Positions 24,987 through 36,987 are shown, counted from the stretch's first letter. The stretch is 64,000 nt of DNA from Flectonema sp. DT1601 (GCA_964019425.1 OZ025789.1:682001-746000), one strand, 5' to 3'. Translations and numbers: made by a program. Notes: generated by a model from the letters alone, not told the origin.

Positions 24987-25915
24987 ATGTATCGGCCTGG
25001 ACCGCAGCGGTCGCAACAGCAACAGCCGGCTCCGTACTCGCAATCAAGAGCTCCTGGAGTGCAGGCTCCCAATGAGATCCCTCGAACATCAGTTCTCGTT
25101 GACGACGTGTCGTACGATTTGTGGAAGGCTGGAGGAGGGAGGAATGGAGCAAATGGAAGAGGAGTTGGAGAGAGGTATGAGAATGGCTGTTGGGTACAAA
25201 GTCATCCAGCAATAGTGTCGGATGGCTACAAGGCTCAGCTTGCAGCGCAGGGAGTCGCAGATACTTTCGGAAGCTACGGAATGATGTGGAGTTCTGCAAT
25301 GCGTCACGGAACTGCATTTGGTCTCCGGCTCACAGCTGCTGAACTTCGCAGCTTCACTCAGGGGAACTATTTAATTGGTATCACACCAAATAGTGTATTC
25401 AATCCAGAAGCACGTCCTCACGCTGATGGTTGGCTTCCATTTGTAGTTTGCTCAGCCAGAGGATCAGTTTCCCTTCGCGGTGAAGTCAGGAAATTAAATC
25501 CCTGGGAGGGTCGCGTCGTGGAAGTTGGTTTCCACATCCGAGTAGGTGCGCAGCCTGGCAGAATTAGAGTTTCTGTTTACGTAAATAATCAAATAGTTAT
25601 TCATGATGAAAATATGAAACTACCCAGACAGGATAGCATTCATTTATTCGTATGTTTTGTTAATAATATCTGACCAGTTGGTACTAAAACACTAATAACA
25701 TTAATTACAAACAGTGCTTTCTCAATTTCGCAGGAGACACCGCTGAAATCATTCCGAACTGGAGACCTCCAGCAGACCCACTCAGCGATCCAAGACAGCA
25801 ATCCCTTGCTAGCCCTCAGGGGCAAGTAGGCTACCGAGGTCAACCGCAGAGAGTGATGCCAACTGGTGGATCAAAAGGTGGAAAGGGATACAACAGGAGT
25901 GTTCCTCGTTATTAA
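24987..25915 (+). CDS. Hypothetical protein with beta-rich (SPRY/NHR-like) core and Q/P/G-rich termini; 2 exons (intron 25650-25714)
   Basis: Removing GTATGT..ACAG extends the frame (HLF-CFLNFAGDTAEII...) to TAA at 25913-25915. The fold call is tentative. Confidence 0.6.
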
Positions 25916-27042
25916 ATAGAGTTGATAATATTTTCTTTAAATCAAATGGTTTGCAAGAAGTAGTCCACACTTTTCATTGTGGTACTTCGCTCACACATTA
26001 TCAGCGTCATTTGAGGTCTGAACCGAATTTTCACAGAAATTGAAAAGAAACAGAACAACAAAAAGTGCACATCAAGAGTAAGGAAAGTACGATGCGTGCT
26101 ATTCGCTATTCCTATTTATCTGGTGGTGTAACTTGTCACCTGCCTTGAATGCGCTGGTTGAAATGATGTGTTTTACCCTGTAGCAAACTTGATAAAGATG
26201 CAGGAGTTTTATGTGTAAAAGAGATTAATGTTTGCTCTGTGATGGAAGGCTTTAGTGCTGATCCTATGAACCAATATTGTGTGCCCGCAATCCCCGTTTT
26301 TGATATTACGAAAACTTGCATCTCTTTTTTATGAATCACTCTATTCCACGCTTACGTTAATTATTAATTATTATTATTTTTATTTTTGTATTTTTCAAAA
26401 AAATACAAAAAAAAGCAAAACAAAAACTGTTAAGATGTGACCTTTTTTTTATAATAAATTCTTGCACTTGGGTGACTGTCCCCTTTATTCACAATTCTTG
26501 TTGATTTCATTTTTTTTCTTCTGCAGTGCAACGAGTAGTCACGTTTTTTAAAAAAAAAAAAAAAAAAAAGAGCTTCTTTTGCTCAGCCTCACTTCTTGTG
26601 ATTTGAAGATTGTGATTCTTCCTTACGAGAAGGACCTTACTCAGGAAATACAACCGATGATGGTTGACAATGTCTTTCGGATTGAGAAAAATGTGTTTTA
26701 AAAAATTTTACGGAAGAAGGTATTGTTGAGCTTTTTCCCTTTTTATTTGTTTCTCTTCAAGAAACTTAATCAGCGGTAGCATTATTATTATTTTTCTTTT
26801 TCTCGTAATTCTCAATATCTCACCTGCTCCCTCCCTGTATCTGTAGTTCGTTATGTTTATTTATTCAGAACAATATGTTCACGTTGGAAGCAATATTTTT
26901 TTTTGTTTAATTATTTTCTTCATTTCCAACAGTAAAAAACACTTAAGCGTTCTACAGGTAGTATTTAGACAAAAAAAAAAAAAAAAAAAGGATACTTTTT
27001 GTTTTGTTTTTTTGTTAATTTTCTTATCAAAAAAATTTAATT

Positions 27043-27265
27043 ATGAATACTGCTTGTGTTGTACTTGTGTTGCTTTCTGTCAGTTACGCCACACCAATAC
27101 CGGCTGAGGTAACTGAGGAACACCTTCGAGCGTTAAATAAATGTAAGGAAATAGCGCAGGTAGGTGCAGCAGAAGCAAAAGCAACTTTGATTCAGCAGTT
27201 GGAGAGTGTGGCATTCAAAGAGAAGATTGCTATTGAAGCGCCGTACCTTTTAAAGTATGAACAAT

Positions 27266-27354
<89 letters not shown>

Positions 27355-28523
27355 CTTCAAAAAAATAAAACCAAAAACAAAACAGCTACAGCGGTGAAGA
27401 AATCCATCAGATGCTGAATGATGAATATCAAGTTACTGAAGTCTGTCACAATTGGGAACCAATGCCGTGGGGGAATGTCGATGGAGACTTGTCGTTGAAC
27501 TCAACTATAGGACAGAAATATTTTTATAATCTGTGGCAACTTGTTACTCTCGGATTCACTCAGAATAACCCAAATATATTCTCAAACAGAGCTGAAGTTA
27601 TGATTTATAATTTACAAAATTTTTCATCGCCAACTGGAATACCCACCTTTCAAGAAGCAAGCGAAAGACTCATTTACGGAGCTACCAATTTCCTAAAGTT
27701 GAGTACGGGCAACGGACTCTTCGGGGGAGTAACGATGGTTTTTAATAATACTCACATTAGAAACTATACCGCAATCTTTGGGATCGACACTGGTGCTTTT
27801 GAGGGATTTTGCAACAGCACCAACCCACCTGCATTTTATAAGCCAAACTGTTCGGCTGTTGGAACAGTTGGAACGTTCGATCAGTGGGAATCGAACTTCT
27901 TGTCATTAGCGGGTTTCTGGAATGGAGCCCCTGGAAGTCATAAAAACATCACTGAGATGGATGTTCTCTCTCTTTTAGTATCTTCAATGTTGCAGACTGA
28001 CTACGATAAGGCAGTCAACATGACCGAAGGTATCTTTTATAATGAAGCAAATCCGATGATGAATTTACGCTATCCCGAAGGAATCAAAATGATTGTTCTA
28101 AATGTGACTGACAACCTCTTTGGATCACATATTGGATCTCAGTTACAGCAGTGGGCTATTTCTAACAATTGGGTTCTTTCTTGGGGATACGCTGACCTGT
28201 CTTTGTTTGGTCCTGCTGTGAAAGCAAACAAACGTTTTCTTGATCCGTTTGTACTTCAACACATTACAGCTGGTCGTAATATTACTGTGGATGTGGATTT
28301 CCCACATCTGCTTTCGGTATTTTCTGATGCTTGGGTAACGTCAAACCAGTCCCTTTCTCACCATATTAATGATCGCCCTTGGCAAACAGAACAATTTAAT
28401 TCCCTCTGGTCGAATATTAGCGACAGCATTTTACGCATTCAACCCTTGTACAGACACGCTTGTGAGGATCACTCATGTGCGGCAGTTAGAGTCAAGGATG
28501 GAGCGTGTGTGTGTTCAGTATAG
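27043..28523 (+). CDS. Secreted protein with signal peptide, DUF3626-like motifs; 2 exons (intron 27255-27385)
   Basis: Signal peptide MNTACVVLVLLSVSYA. The intron joins LLN-YSGEEIHQM in frame. Many N-x-S/T sites and a Cys-rich C-terminus. Confidence 0.75.
27266..27355 (+). repeat. (AAC)30 microsatellite inside an intron
   Basis: 90 nt of perfect AAC repeats. Confidence 0.97.
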
Positions 28524-29029
28524 TATTCTTTTTTTTTTTTTTTTTTTTCAATAAATCCCACTCAGCCGTGTTTTTCTTTTTTAAAAAGTGATGTGTTTTT
28601 TATTTTTATATATTAAATACTTGACAAAAATGTTAGTTGGTTAACAAAATATAACATTTTTTTTATTTTATTTATTATTATGGAAACAGGCTTTTGTGTG
28701 GCGTGATCGTAATCTCACTTCAACAGCCGACTGATCGTGGTTAATATTTATTTTCCGAAACACTATCCCTCGAAACACTATCCTATTTTTGATATGATTA
28801 TCTCAACGTGTACTCTTCGAATATATTTCTTTGCAAAAATTTCTTGCAATTTCTTTTCTCTCTCAGAATCTGTTCGATTTCTGAAATTAATATTTTGTGA
28901 ACACTCTGATGGGTCAGATGTTTCACAAAAAAACGAGAGATCCCCTTCTCTTCAATCTCCTTCTCCTCAGCTAACTAATTATTATTATTGCTACTCTCCT
29001 TAACTTCAGAACAAGCACAAATCCATACG

Positions 29030-29935
29030 ATGCCTTACGTAGAGCCAACAATCCCGAGAGTTAGCTCAACTGACCCGGATCTCAATGCGAAGGTAGCAAC
29101 AGCATTAGACGCAGACGGTCTTGTTTGCATAATGAACATTCTCAGTACTGAGAAAGTGAAGGAACTTAAAAAAGAAGTTTATGACTTGTTAGATAAACAA
29201 GACCACGGTAGAAACTCCTTTGAAGGATTTCAGACTAAGAGGTTGTACGGAATGTTTGCGAAGAGTCGAGCGTTCGATGACTTGGCAATCAATCCAACAG
29301 TTCTAAAGGCAATCGAACACTGCTTTGGAGCATCACAAAAAAAGGAACCATTCCTGTTGTCAGCTCCAACTGGTATCGCTATTGGACCTGGTGAGAAGGC
29401 TCAAGAAATTCATGTTGATGAAGGAAAGTATCCTCTTTATAATATTAAACAAGAACTCGTCATGCAAGTGATGTGGGCGATTGATGACTTTACTGCTGCT
29501 AACGGTTCCACAGTAATGTTCCCAAAGTCTCATACATGGCCATCCGAAGTAAAGATCTTGGGAGGTCAGAAGCCCCCATACAATAACGTGTTTCACAGAG
29601 AGCATAACACATGGATAAAGGAACACAACTGTTGCCCAGCTACGATGCCGTCTGGATCGGTCCTCATCTTCAGAGGAAGTCTGGCACACGGTGGAGGTGC
29701 TAACAGAACTGGTAACTATCGACTGGGTCTCGCTATTGAATACGTGAGAGGATACCTTCGTCCTCAAGAAAATCAAGACCTCACTGTTTCCCCTGAGATT
29801 GTTGCGAATCTCAATCCGAAACTCCAATCGTTGCTTGGCTACAATATATTCCCTCCTTTCATGGGATATATTGATGGTAGACATCCTAAGAAGTTCCTTC
29901 CAAAACCTAACCAAGAAATGAAACCTAAACTGTAA
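29030..29935 (+). CDS. Phytanoyl-CoA dioxygenase (PhyH) family 2-oxoglutarate/Fe(II) dioxygenase with C-terminal PKL
   Basis: QEIHVD (HxD), WAIDDFTAANGST, LAHGGGAN and R motifs, plus GYLRPQENQ. Confidence 0.92.
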   Translation: MPYVEPTIPRVSSTDPDLNAKVATALDADGLVCIMNILSTEKVKELKKEVYDLLDKQDHGRNSFEGFQTKRLYGMFAKSRAFDDLAINPTVLKAIEHCFGASQKKEPFLLSAPTGIAIGPGEKAQEIHVDEGKYPLYNIKQELVMQVMWAIDDFTAANGSTVMFPKSHTWPSEVKILGGQKPPYNNVFHREHNTWIKEHNCCPATMPSGSVLIFRGSLAHGGGANRTGNYRLGLAIEYVRGYLRPQENQDLTVSPEIVANLNPKLQSLLGYNIFPPFMGYIDGRHPKKFLPKPNQEMKPKL

Positions 29936-30099
29936 CTCTTCAACTGACAATTTTCAACACAATATTTTATTTTGTAATACAAGCCAATGATAGGGTTTTC
30001 CGTAGTCTGCAGTTTATCTGCGAAGTGAAACCTTACGCACGCTGGCTTTAACATGCTCTGGAATTCTCTTTGGGAATATTATAATCGGAGTACTGTGTC

Positions 30100-30129
30100 G
30101 ATGTTGATGTTGATGTTGATGTTGATGTT
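30100..30129 (+). repeat. (GATGTT)5 hexamer microsatellite
   Basis: Direct reading. Confidence 0.9.
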
Positions 30130-31000
30130 GGTGATATTCCTTCTTGTAAAAGACTTTTAATATAAATTACAACAACAGTCAGTTTTCGTTAGAAGTGATT
30201 CCTCACTTTACAAAACAAACGATTGCTCTCAAGTGTGTGGAAGTAGTTTGCTCTCTTGAAACACTTTTGTTGGTATTCTTAATTTATAGTTCTCTCTCCG
30301 TTACGAAGCCTCACATAGTATCACAGCTATTAATAAACCTTTCACTCCTTTGCTTGTTCTGAGATGCTCTTAAAGTAATTCTTATATTTCTCTTTGTTCT
30401 TTTCTTTATGAAGAACACGTGTTAATAAGCTCCATGGCAGTAGGCTGTACTACTAATAGACAATTTGATTAACAAAAAAAATTTTAGGATGACTTTTTTC
30501 CAGTAATTCTTTACTTTCTCCTGTTCTTGTTTGTAAGTGTTAGACGCAGGTTGGAAACAAACCATTTCCAACTGCGGGTTTGTCTTTACCCAAATTCTGA
30601 CTTACTGTAGTCTTATAGTTTTAATTGATCCTTTTTTTGTTTCTTTTATTTCTTTCTTCTAATGTAAAAAAAACAATTGGATCTCATCCCCATGTTTCAC
30701 TTCCTTAAATGAATAGCGTTCGACGCTACCTCTCTATAGCAATGTTTAAGCGGGTAGCTTTATCGCTCCTCCTTTTAAGTTGGCTTTTCGAAGATACAAA
30801 CTAATAAGTAGTATCGTTGATGAAGAAACTCTGTTGTTTTGGTTCTTTGAGTACCACGACCTGGTCTGGACTACCATCATGTCGTCGGATGATAAATATA
30901 ATTCCTTTCTCCAGGTTGAAGTCTTTTATGAATGTAGAGAACTAATTATATAAAATTACTGAAGTTGTAAATAACATTTCAATATAACAGTTCCCCACAG

Positions 31001-32563
31001 ATGTGGAACGAGGGGGATGACGATGTAGTCAGTCCGCTGAAGACTCTTTCGGCGGAGTTGGGTGACGCAGGACTGCCGTTGTGGTTTCCAACGAAGGACA
31101 CAAGCGCAGATTTTGATGGAACATTGTCGGTTCACATGTCTCCGTACTCACCTCTTGGTAGTCTGAAGGAACAATTATTAAATCCCATTTCGGAAGAACA
31201 ACTCGGGATTGGTGTCGACGAACTGACAGAAGCAATCCTTGCGAAGCCGACTAATGGGTTTCAACCCGACCCGCGACAAACAATTCTCTCAGAAAAGATT
31301 CTGAAAGAAACAAAACTGAGACAGCGAAACAGAATCGACACTTCCCTCACCAGAATTGACCCGGCCTGCGTTGATTTGTTTCTCAGATGTTATTTAGGGA
31401 AGGTTGTGGCTTCTAATTATTTAACTCATCTTCGTAATTTTATTTTCTCAGTTCCTCCGCAGACGGCAGAAGCACACCAACAAGCAGCTCTTGAAATATT
31501 CACCAAAGACGTGCAATATGTTCTTTCTATTTGGAAGAAAAACGTTCAGTTTATCCCTCAGTCAGACACTGCTCGGGATCGACTTCGTCTACACATCTAC
31601 AACACGGTGACTGGTCACGCTAGTATCTTAAAGGAGCGTAAGAAAGATCTTTATCCTCTCCAAGTTTCACATACTCATCACTATTCAATCATCAGAAGTA
31701 ACGACTCTGAAGATAGTAAACAAGATCGGTATTTCTTTGACATGCAACTCACAAACCCTGGTAGCCGAAGTTATAGATTCTGGTTACACGATATAAAGTC
31801 TTTGTATGGAATATCAGAAGAGGAAGCAGCGTACTACGACTTTCAAATACTTCACTCGAGCTCTGGTGTATCCGCAAAGAAAAGTACTCAACCATTAGCT
31901 GCCTCGTTAATAGTACCAAAGTGTGTGCAGGATGAGAATAGTTGTATTAGAGAGATTGTTATTCTCGAAACAGAGTTTGGTTTTCGGCATTTTATTTCCG
32001 TTGAGATTGTGAATCCAGTGCACCTGTTGCGTAGACCACTTACTCAGACAGGACTTGTTAATGATTGGGGATACTACGTACCTCCAACAGTTGTGATGCT
32101 CAAAAAGCGTTTTTATAGATGTGGAGCACACAAGCTAAGAGATGTGTTCTCTCCTTGTAAAAGAAGTAGTTTACCAAGTGATTGGGAAGAGCTTCTTCGT
32201 GAAGAGAATGATTCAAATCTCGCAGCTCCCATGTTATTGGCGTACCTCAGTGGGGTGCCGGGTTCTGTTTTTGGAAAAGCTGTTTGCACTCAACAGATGG
32301 CAAAAGATCCATTAGCATTTATCATGTCTTTACCTGTAGCTAATCAACAACTTTCTCTTTGGACACTTCACTTCCTCTCATCTCTTCTTTCTCACAGCGA
32401 TTCCAATCGCACGAATCCACGGTTGCTGTCTTTGTCGATGGCACCTTCGCTTTTCTTTTTCCCATCGACTTCACTTTCACAATTAGTTTCACAAAATCAA
32501 CAGTCAGTTCAATTACTTCATCTGCTGATCACAAACTATAAAAGAGATGTCTACGAGAAGTAA
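31001..32563 (+). CDS. Protein with C-terminal RhoGAP-like domain; possible short upstream exon 30879-30914
   Basis: VPPTVVML...LPVANQQL...FLSSLLSHSDSNRTNPRLLSLSMAPSLF follows the RhoGAP helical pattern. Confidence 0.7.
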   Translation: MWNEGDDDVVSPLKTLSAELGDAGLPLWFPTKDTSADFDGTLSVHMSPYSPLGSLKEQLLNPISEEQLGIGVDELTEAILAKPTNGFQPDPRQTILSEKILKETKLRQRNRIDTSLTRIDPACVDLFLRCYLGKVVASNYLTHLRNFIFSVPPQTAEAHQQAALEIFTKDVQYVLSIWKKNVQFIPQSDTARDRLRLHIYNTVTGHASILKERKKDLYPLQVSHTHHYSIIRSNDSEDSKQDRYFFDMQLTNPGSRSYRFWLHDIKSLYGISEEEAAYYDFQILHSSSGVSAKKSTQPLAASLIVPKCVQDENSCIREIVILETEFGFRHFISVEIVNPVHLLRRPLTQTGLVNDWGYYVPPTVVMLKKRFYRCGAHKLRDVFSPCKRSSLPSDWEELLREENDSNLAAPMLLAYLSGVPGSVFGKAVCTQQMAKDPLAFIMSLPVANQQLSLWTLHFLSSLLSHSDSNRTNPRLLSLSMAPSLFFFPSTSLSQLVSQNQQSVQLLHLLITNYKRDVYEK

Positions 32564-32708
32564 TTAGAATAAGAGTTCTCTTGTAGACACTCTTGAAGTC
32601 TAAGTCACTAAGGATCCCAAGCCTATCATTGAGTTGAACAGTTAACAATCTCTTACTAAGATCAACGAAGGTTTCGCTTGCATACAAGCGGCTCGCATTC
32701 TTAAGACG

Positions 32709-32875
32709 AAAAAAGAATCGGCAAACTTCACTATTTTTACTTACTCATTCACACTCTTATTTCGTTTGTGCGCAACCGGTAGAAAATCCTAATAAAGGAA
32801 TAGGTAAGTTACGCTGCCACAATTCTCTTCCTACCGAACAATGGGTTTGTAGGTACAATAAAAATAGTGAAGTTT
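32709..32875. mobile_element. Short dispersed repeat, MITE-like copy A, with 17-bp inverted repeats
   Basis: AAACTTCACTATTTTTA at 32723-32739 and its exact reverse complement at 32859-32875. A near-identical reverse-complement copy lies at 38504-38648. Confidence 0.7.
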
Positions 32876-33207
32876 CCTGTAGTTCCAAATAGTAGTTTCA
32901 GTGCCTTTTTCGCTGCTGATGAGTTCCAATTTAATGTTTTTAGGGGAGTTCTGTCGTCCCCCTCGTTTTTTGTATTGCTGTGATTCTCTGAGATAATTTT
33001 GTTTTTGTCTGCTTTGGTTCAAAACCGTACTTTTGATTTGATTCCGTTGTGTAATTAACCGTTCCGTAATACTACTTGTGGATTGTTTATCTGTTTGGTT
33101 GTATTGTCTCTAACAACTTCTCATTAGCAGCTCAATATGATGATCTTGTTGAAATAGTTTAGTCTTTCAGAGTCATTAGTGTTAAATTCAACAGCGTTAT
33201 CACAAAC

Positions 33208-33978
33208 ATGTTCATCGTGTGCGTATGCGCCGATCTCCGCGGCGTAAAGCACAACATGGAAATTGGATTTCCAGTGCAGCCAAGTATCGATGAACTGATC
33301 GCTGAGACAGAACGTCTTTTCCAGTTGGAGTTATTTATGAACGATAGACCGGGACAGTCAAGTGCACCATTTAGGGTGTCAAGATTCTTTATTCAAGACG
33401 AACAAACAAGGAGATGGATAGATCTAACCTGGTCATCACAATTAAGAGGATGGTGTCAGTTGTATGCAACACAACAAAAGGGAACAGGTTTAGCGAGTGA
33501 TAGAGAATTCAATCGATCGGATGCAGCTGTTTGGCCTCCACCTCCTCCTTCACAACGTGAATGGGATCATCGTGGAAGTCAGATGCCAGGCAGGCTACCT
33601 TCAGCAACCTTAAGTACGAGACGTGCTGAGAATGTTGACTCATATAAACATCAGTCGATAAGTAGAGATTACAATGACAGAGATCAAAGCAGCGTCATTT
33701 CTGAGCCTCGCTTTTCCCCGCCTCCCCCACCTCCCCAGAAAAGCCCCCCGAAATCCTCACCGTCCGCAAGAGGTGATATATCTCGTGGAGATGGTAACTC
33801 AGTCCCCATATCTGAAGAGCAAGCCATTTTATCCAAAGAAGCCAAACTGAAGGCTCACCGTGATGCTCTTCTCATCGAAGAAGCTCAACTACAACGAGAC
33901 AAGCAAGAGTTTATTGCGAGGACAGGAAGACTGCCAGGAGGAGGGTTGAGCAAGAATACAACGTGGGAACTTCCGTAG
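33208..33978 (+). CDS. BILBO1 N-terminal-domain protein with Pro-rich linker and short coiled coil
   Basis: MFIVCVCADLRGVKHNMEIGFPVQPSIDELI...WIDLTWSSQLRGWCQLYATQ aligns by eye with the trypanosomatid BILBO1 ubiquitin-like N-terminal domain. Confidence 0.8.
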   Translation: MFIVCVCADLRGVKHNMEIGFPVQPSIDELIAETERLFQLELFMNDRPGQSSAPFRVSRFFIQDEQTRRWIDLTWSSQLRGWCQLYATQQKGTGLASDREFNRSDAAVWPPPPPSQREWDHRGSQMPGRLPSATLSTRRAENVDSYKHQSISRDYNDRDQSSVISEPRFSPPPPPPQKSPPKSSPSARGDISRGDGNSVPISEEQAILSKEAKLKAHRDALLIEEAQLQRDKQEFIARTGRLPGGGLSKNTTWELP

Positions 33979-34389
33979 TTCGACTTCCTAATGATGTCGT
34001 TATTGTTTACATACTGACTGACTTCTCTCATTCTCGTTGACTTTCCAAGAGACTTGTCTGGTCCTACGCGTTGCCTTCAGATTCACATTCGAACTGTTCT
34101 TTCTATTGAGAGTCCTCCTGATTTCTTGTAGGTTGATGGCGTACAGAGCTGACGATATTCGTACTCTATCGTACATAATGCTGTATTAGTTTTTTATTGT
34201 ATTATTTTAGTTAGTAATATTGTTGAGTAGTTTGTAGAATTCTTATTTCATCTTTCAGATAAAATGAACTGCTGGAGTAGTTGAAACAAAACACATCATT
34301 TGTTAGTTTAATTTTAGTTATTGTTTTTATCGTTTTTATTTGTTAAGAGACAAATTACATCAAAATTATGATTACTTTCTGATAACAAG

Positions 34390-35889
34390 ATGGTGCTTAA
34401 GAATTACCGACCGCAGCTTGCAGGAATCGGGTCTTTCTTTTTAATTTTATTTATCGTCACGTTGCTGTCGGATGATGGGGGAGGATATTTCCCCCATCCC
34501 CGGCGAGACTCTACAGATGAGGTAATGAATGATATTCAAAACAATACAATTCAAGGAGGAAGTCAACTAAAATCATCTCAAACACTATCACCTGAAGGAG
34601 GAATCACACTCCTCCTCCCAAAGCTTCAATTATCAGAAAGACAGTTATGGGAAGTATCCGTAGTCGAGAAGCAAACAAAGCAAAATCGTAGTTCAGATTC
34701 TGACACAGCTTCTGATCTACAAAGATGTTACACCTTATATGATGGTGGATGTATATCAAAGGCAACTGGTAGTAAACAAAAGTCATACACTCCTTACATT
34801 AAACCAACTCATGGAACAGATACTTTATCAATTACAGTTCTCCACAAAGAGACGATTGTAAAGTCTGCGATCTGTAACGAAGGAGAGGCAAAGAGAGTAC
34901 CGCTTGTTGGGAAGCGGGATTTTATCATTCCTGAGGAGGACAAAATGTCAAATAAAGTATTAATAGTCACCCTGTGCTGGGATACTTACGGATATCACTT
35001 ATGGAACTGCGTCTTGGGATCACACGCAGTAGCCAGGATGCATAATGTGAGTAAAAAAGATACGTACGTTGCGGTACTGAAGTCTTCTTGGGCCAGCCAC
35101 AAGTTTTCAACTTCTGAATGGAGTGATTCATCTCAGCAGTTTTTGTGGTCGATTGTTGCTGAAGACCATTCGAGAGTTAAGTCTCTCAGAGATTGGATCA
35201 GCACCTGTTTTAATAAAATTATTGTCGGACATGTTCCTCTCTTTGACATCACTCCCAGTCAGAACCTCGCTGCTAGAAATCATCTTCTTTCAAATTTAAA
35301 TATCCAAAACCCGTACTCTGACGCAAACAGGAGAGCCTGCAGTAACCGTTGGCAGAGTGTTATCATTGAAAGAAAATCAAATTTTCACATTAAGAATTTA
35401 ATTGAGGTTAAGGGTTGGCTCTCTGAGGTGTCACAAAATGTGACGATTGCGCTACTTGAGGACCTCCCATTTAAAGAACAAGTGAGATTAGTGTCTAGCT
35501 CTGATATTGTTATTGGTACCCATGGGAATGGATTAACTTGGGTAACGCTAATGTACCAGGGAGTCTTGATTGAGATTTGGGGTCAATACCCATACAATTC
35601 TAACTATGAAGGATCGGCACGTAGAGGTAACAATCGCTATCTCCCTATTTCCCTTCATCAATCTGGTTGCTATAAAAGATGTGACGTTTTCCTACCTCAA
35701 AATGTGTTACTCCCAATACTGTCGCTAGCTGTTAGTCATCTTCATAATGTTAGTTGTAAAAGACAGTGGTACGATCCAAATACACTCTCACATATGTTTG
35801 ATGAAATTCAAATTGAAAAAGGTTTGAAAAAACGCAAACGAAATAAAGGAATGGGATCTCCTCCGTACTTAGAGACTTCTAATTTATAA
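34390..35889 (+). CDS. Glycosyltransferase family 61 (EOGT/xylosyltransferase-like), type II membrane protein
   Basis: N-terminal TM and GT61 signature LEDLPFKEQVRLVSSSDIVIGTHGNGLTW...IEI. Confidence 0.85.
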   Translation: MVLKNYRPQLAGIGSFFLILFIVTLLSDDGGGYFPHPRRDSTDEVMNDIQNNTIQGGSQLKSSQTLSPEGGITLLLPKLQLSERQLWEVSVVEKQTKQNRSSDSDTASDLQRCYTLYDGGCISKATGSKQKSYTPYIKPTHGTDTLSITVLHKETIVKSAICNEGEAKRVPLVGKRDFIIPEEDKMSNKVLIVTLCWDTYGYHLWNCVLGSHAVARMHNVSKKDTYVAVLKSSWASHKFSTSEWSDSSQQFLWSIVAEDHSRVKSLRDWISTCFNKIIVGHVPLFDITPSQNLAARNHLLSNLNIQNPYSDANRRACSNRWQSVIIERKSNFHIKNLIEVKGWLSEVSQNVTIALLEDLPFKEQVRLVSSSDIVIGTHGNGLTWVTLMYQGVLIEIWGQYPYNSNYEGSARRGNNRYLPISLHQSGCYKRCDVFLPQNVLLPILSLAVSHLHNVSCKRQWYDPNTLSHMFDEIQIEKGLKKRKRNKGMGSPPYLETSNL

Positions 35890-36168
35890 AAAAAACACAC
35901 AGCCTTCCGTGTAGTATTGTTATTATTATCGTTACACGAAAGACTGACTCTCACCTTAATAGACAAACGCTCATTGATAACTTACTCAGCCGCTGTAATA
36001 TTTGCAAGCCTTACATTGAGGTTGCAATGTAGAATATTGAATGCCTTACTATTTAAGAGTTATTTTAATGGTCATGCAGTTGGTTGCTGTGAAATCTAAG
36101 CTAAAAAGCTATCAAAGTCGAGTGCTTTTTCAGAAAACTTTCTTCTTTTTTTGGCAGACAACAAGACG

Positions 36169-36816
36169 ATGCGAAGGCTGTGCGGAGACCCAAAGCCAGT
36201 AAGAGAAACTTTAAGCAAATCATTTATTGATGCAGCTGCTGGGGGACACCTGGAGTTGATCAAATCATATTTAGAGAAGTCAGCAGTGAGGTGTTGTGAT
36301 CATAATTCATTCCAAGAAATTGTAAACTCCTCTGACCCTGATGGAAGGTATCCTCTGGTAGCTGCGCTATCGAATCGCAGAATTGAAGTTGTCTCCGCAC
36401 TCTTGCGGGCAGGTGTTCGAGTGACGACAGGAACCACAGAAGACAGTTCCTTGTTAGCAGCCTCAGGTGACACTGCTTTACTGCGAATGCTGTTGGAGAG
36501 AAGTTGCAATGCGAAAAACCCTCGCGTGTTGTTATTAATTGCGAGTCACGGGCTACTTGATGAATGTCGTGCTGTGGTATCACTTAAAGCAAATGTTCGT
36601 ACTCGAGATTCTAATGGAATCACTGCCGCTAATCTCGCTCTTCGAAATGGTCACACTGAAGTCTTTGATTTCCTCTCTCAACACGAACGTATCCTCGAGT
36701 CCTGCAACTTCTTATTTGTCAATCGGAAACGCTCTTGTGAAGCAGAAGCGCTTCGTCTCCCACTTCCTCTTCTTAAATTAATTTGCTCATTTGTGATGGA
36801 AGTTGTTGTCACTTGA
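36169..36816 (+). CDS. Ankyrin-repeat protein with possible degenerate SOCS-box-like C-terminus
   Basis: AAAGGHLELIK, GRYPLVAA and GITAANLALRNGH repeats, with C-terminal LRLPLPLLKLICSF. Confidence 0.8.
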   Translation: MRRLCGDPKPVRETLSKSFIDAAAGGHLELIKSYLEKSAVRCCDHNSFQEIVNSSDPDGRYPLVAALSNRRIEVVSALLRAGVRVTTGTTEDSSLLAASGDTALLRMLLERSCNAKNPRVLLLIASHGLLDECRAVVSLKANVRTRDSNGITAANLALRNGHTEVFDFLSQHERILESCNFLFVNRKRSCEAEALRLPLPLLKLICSFVMEVVVT

Positions 36817-36987
36817 GAGCAGTGAGCGACAAGCCAACTAAACGATTAAATAACAAACTGTTTTAATTTATATTTACACTTCGTTACTGTTACTGTCCTT
36901 GGTAAGTTTATTAAGATATTTGTTTCGACCTCTTAATTTTCCTATTTCTGCCCCTTCAGGAACCGCTCCAGCAGCGGCTCACTAAAA

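Noticed and set aside
29360..29950. Antisense ORFs overlapping PhyH, CTR9, the LINE and the cyclase
   Set aside because: These are shadow ORFs of genuine coding sequence with no motifs.
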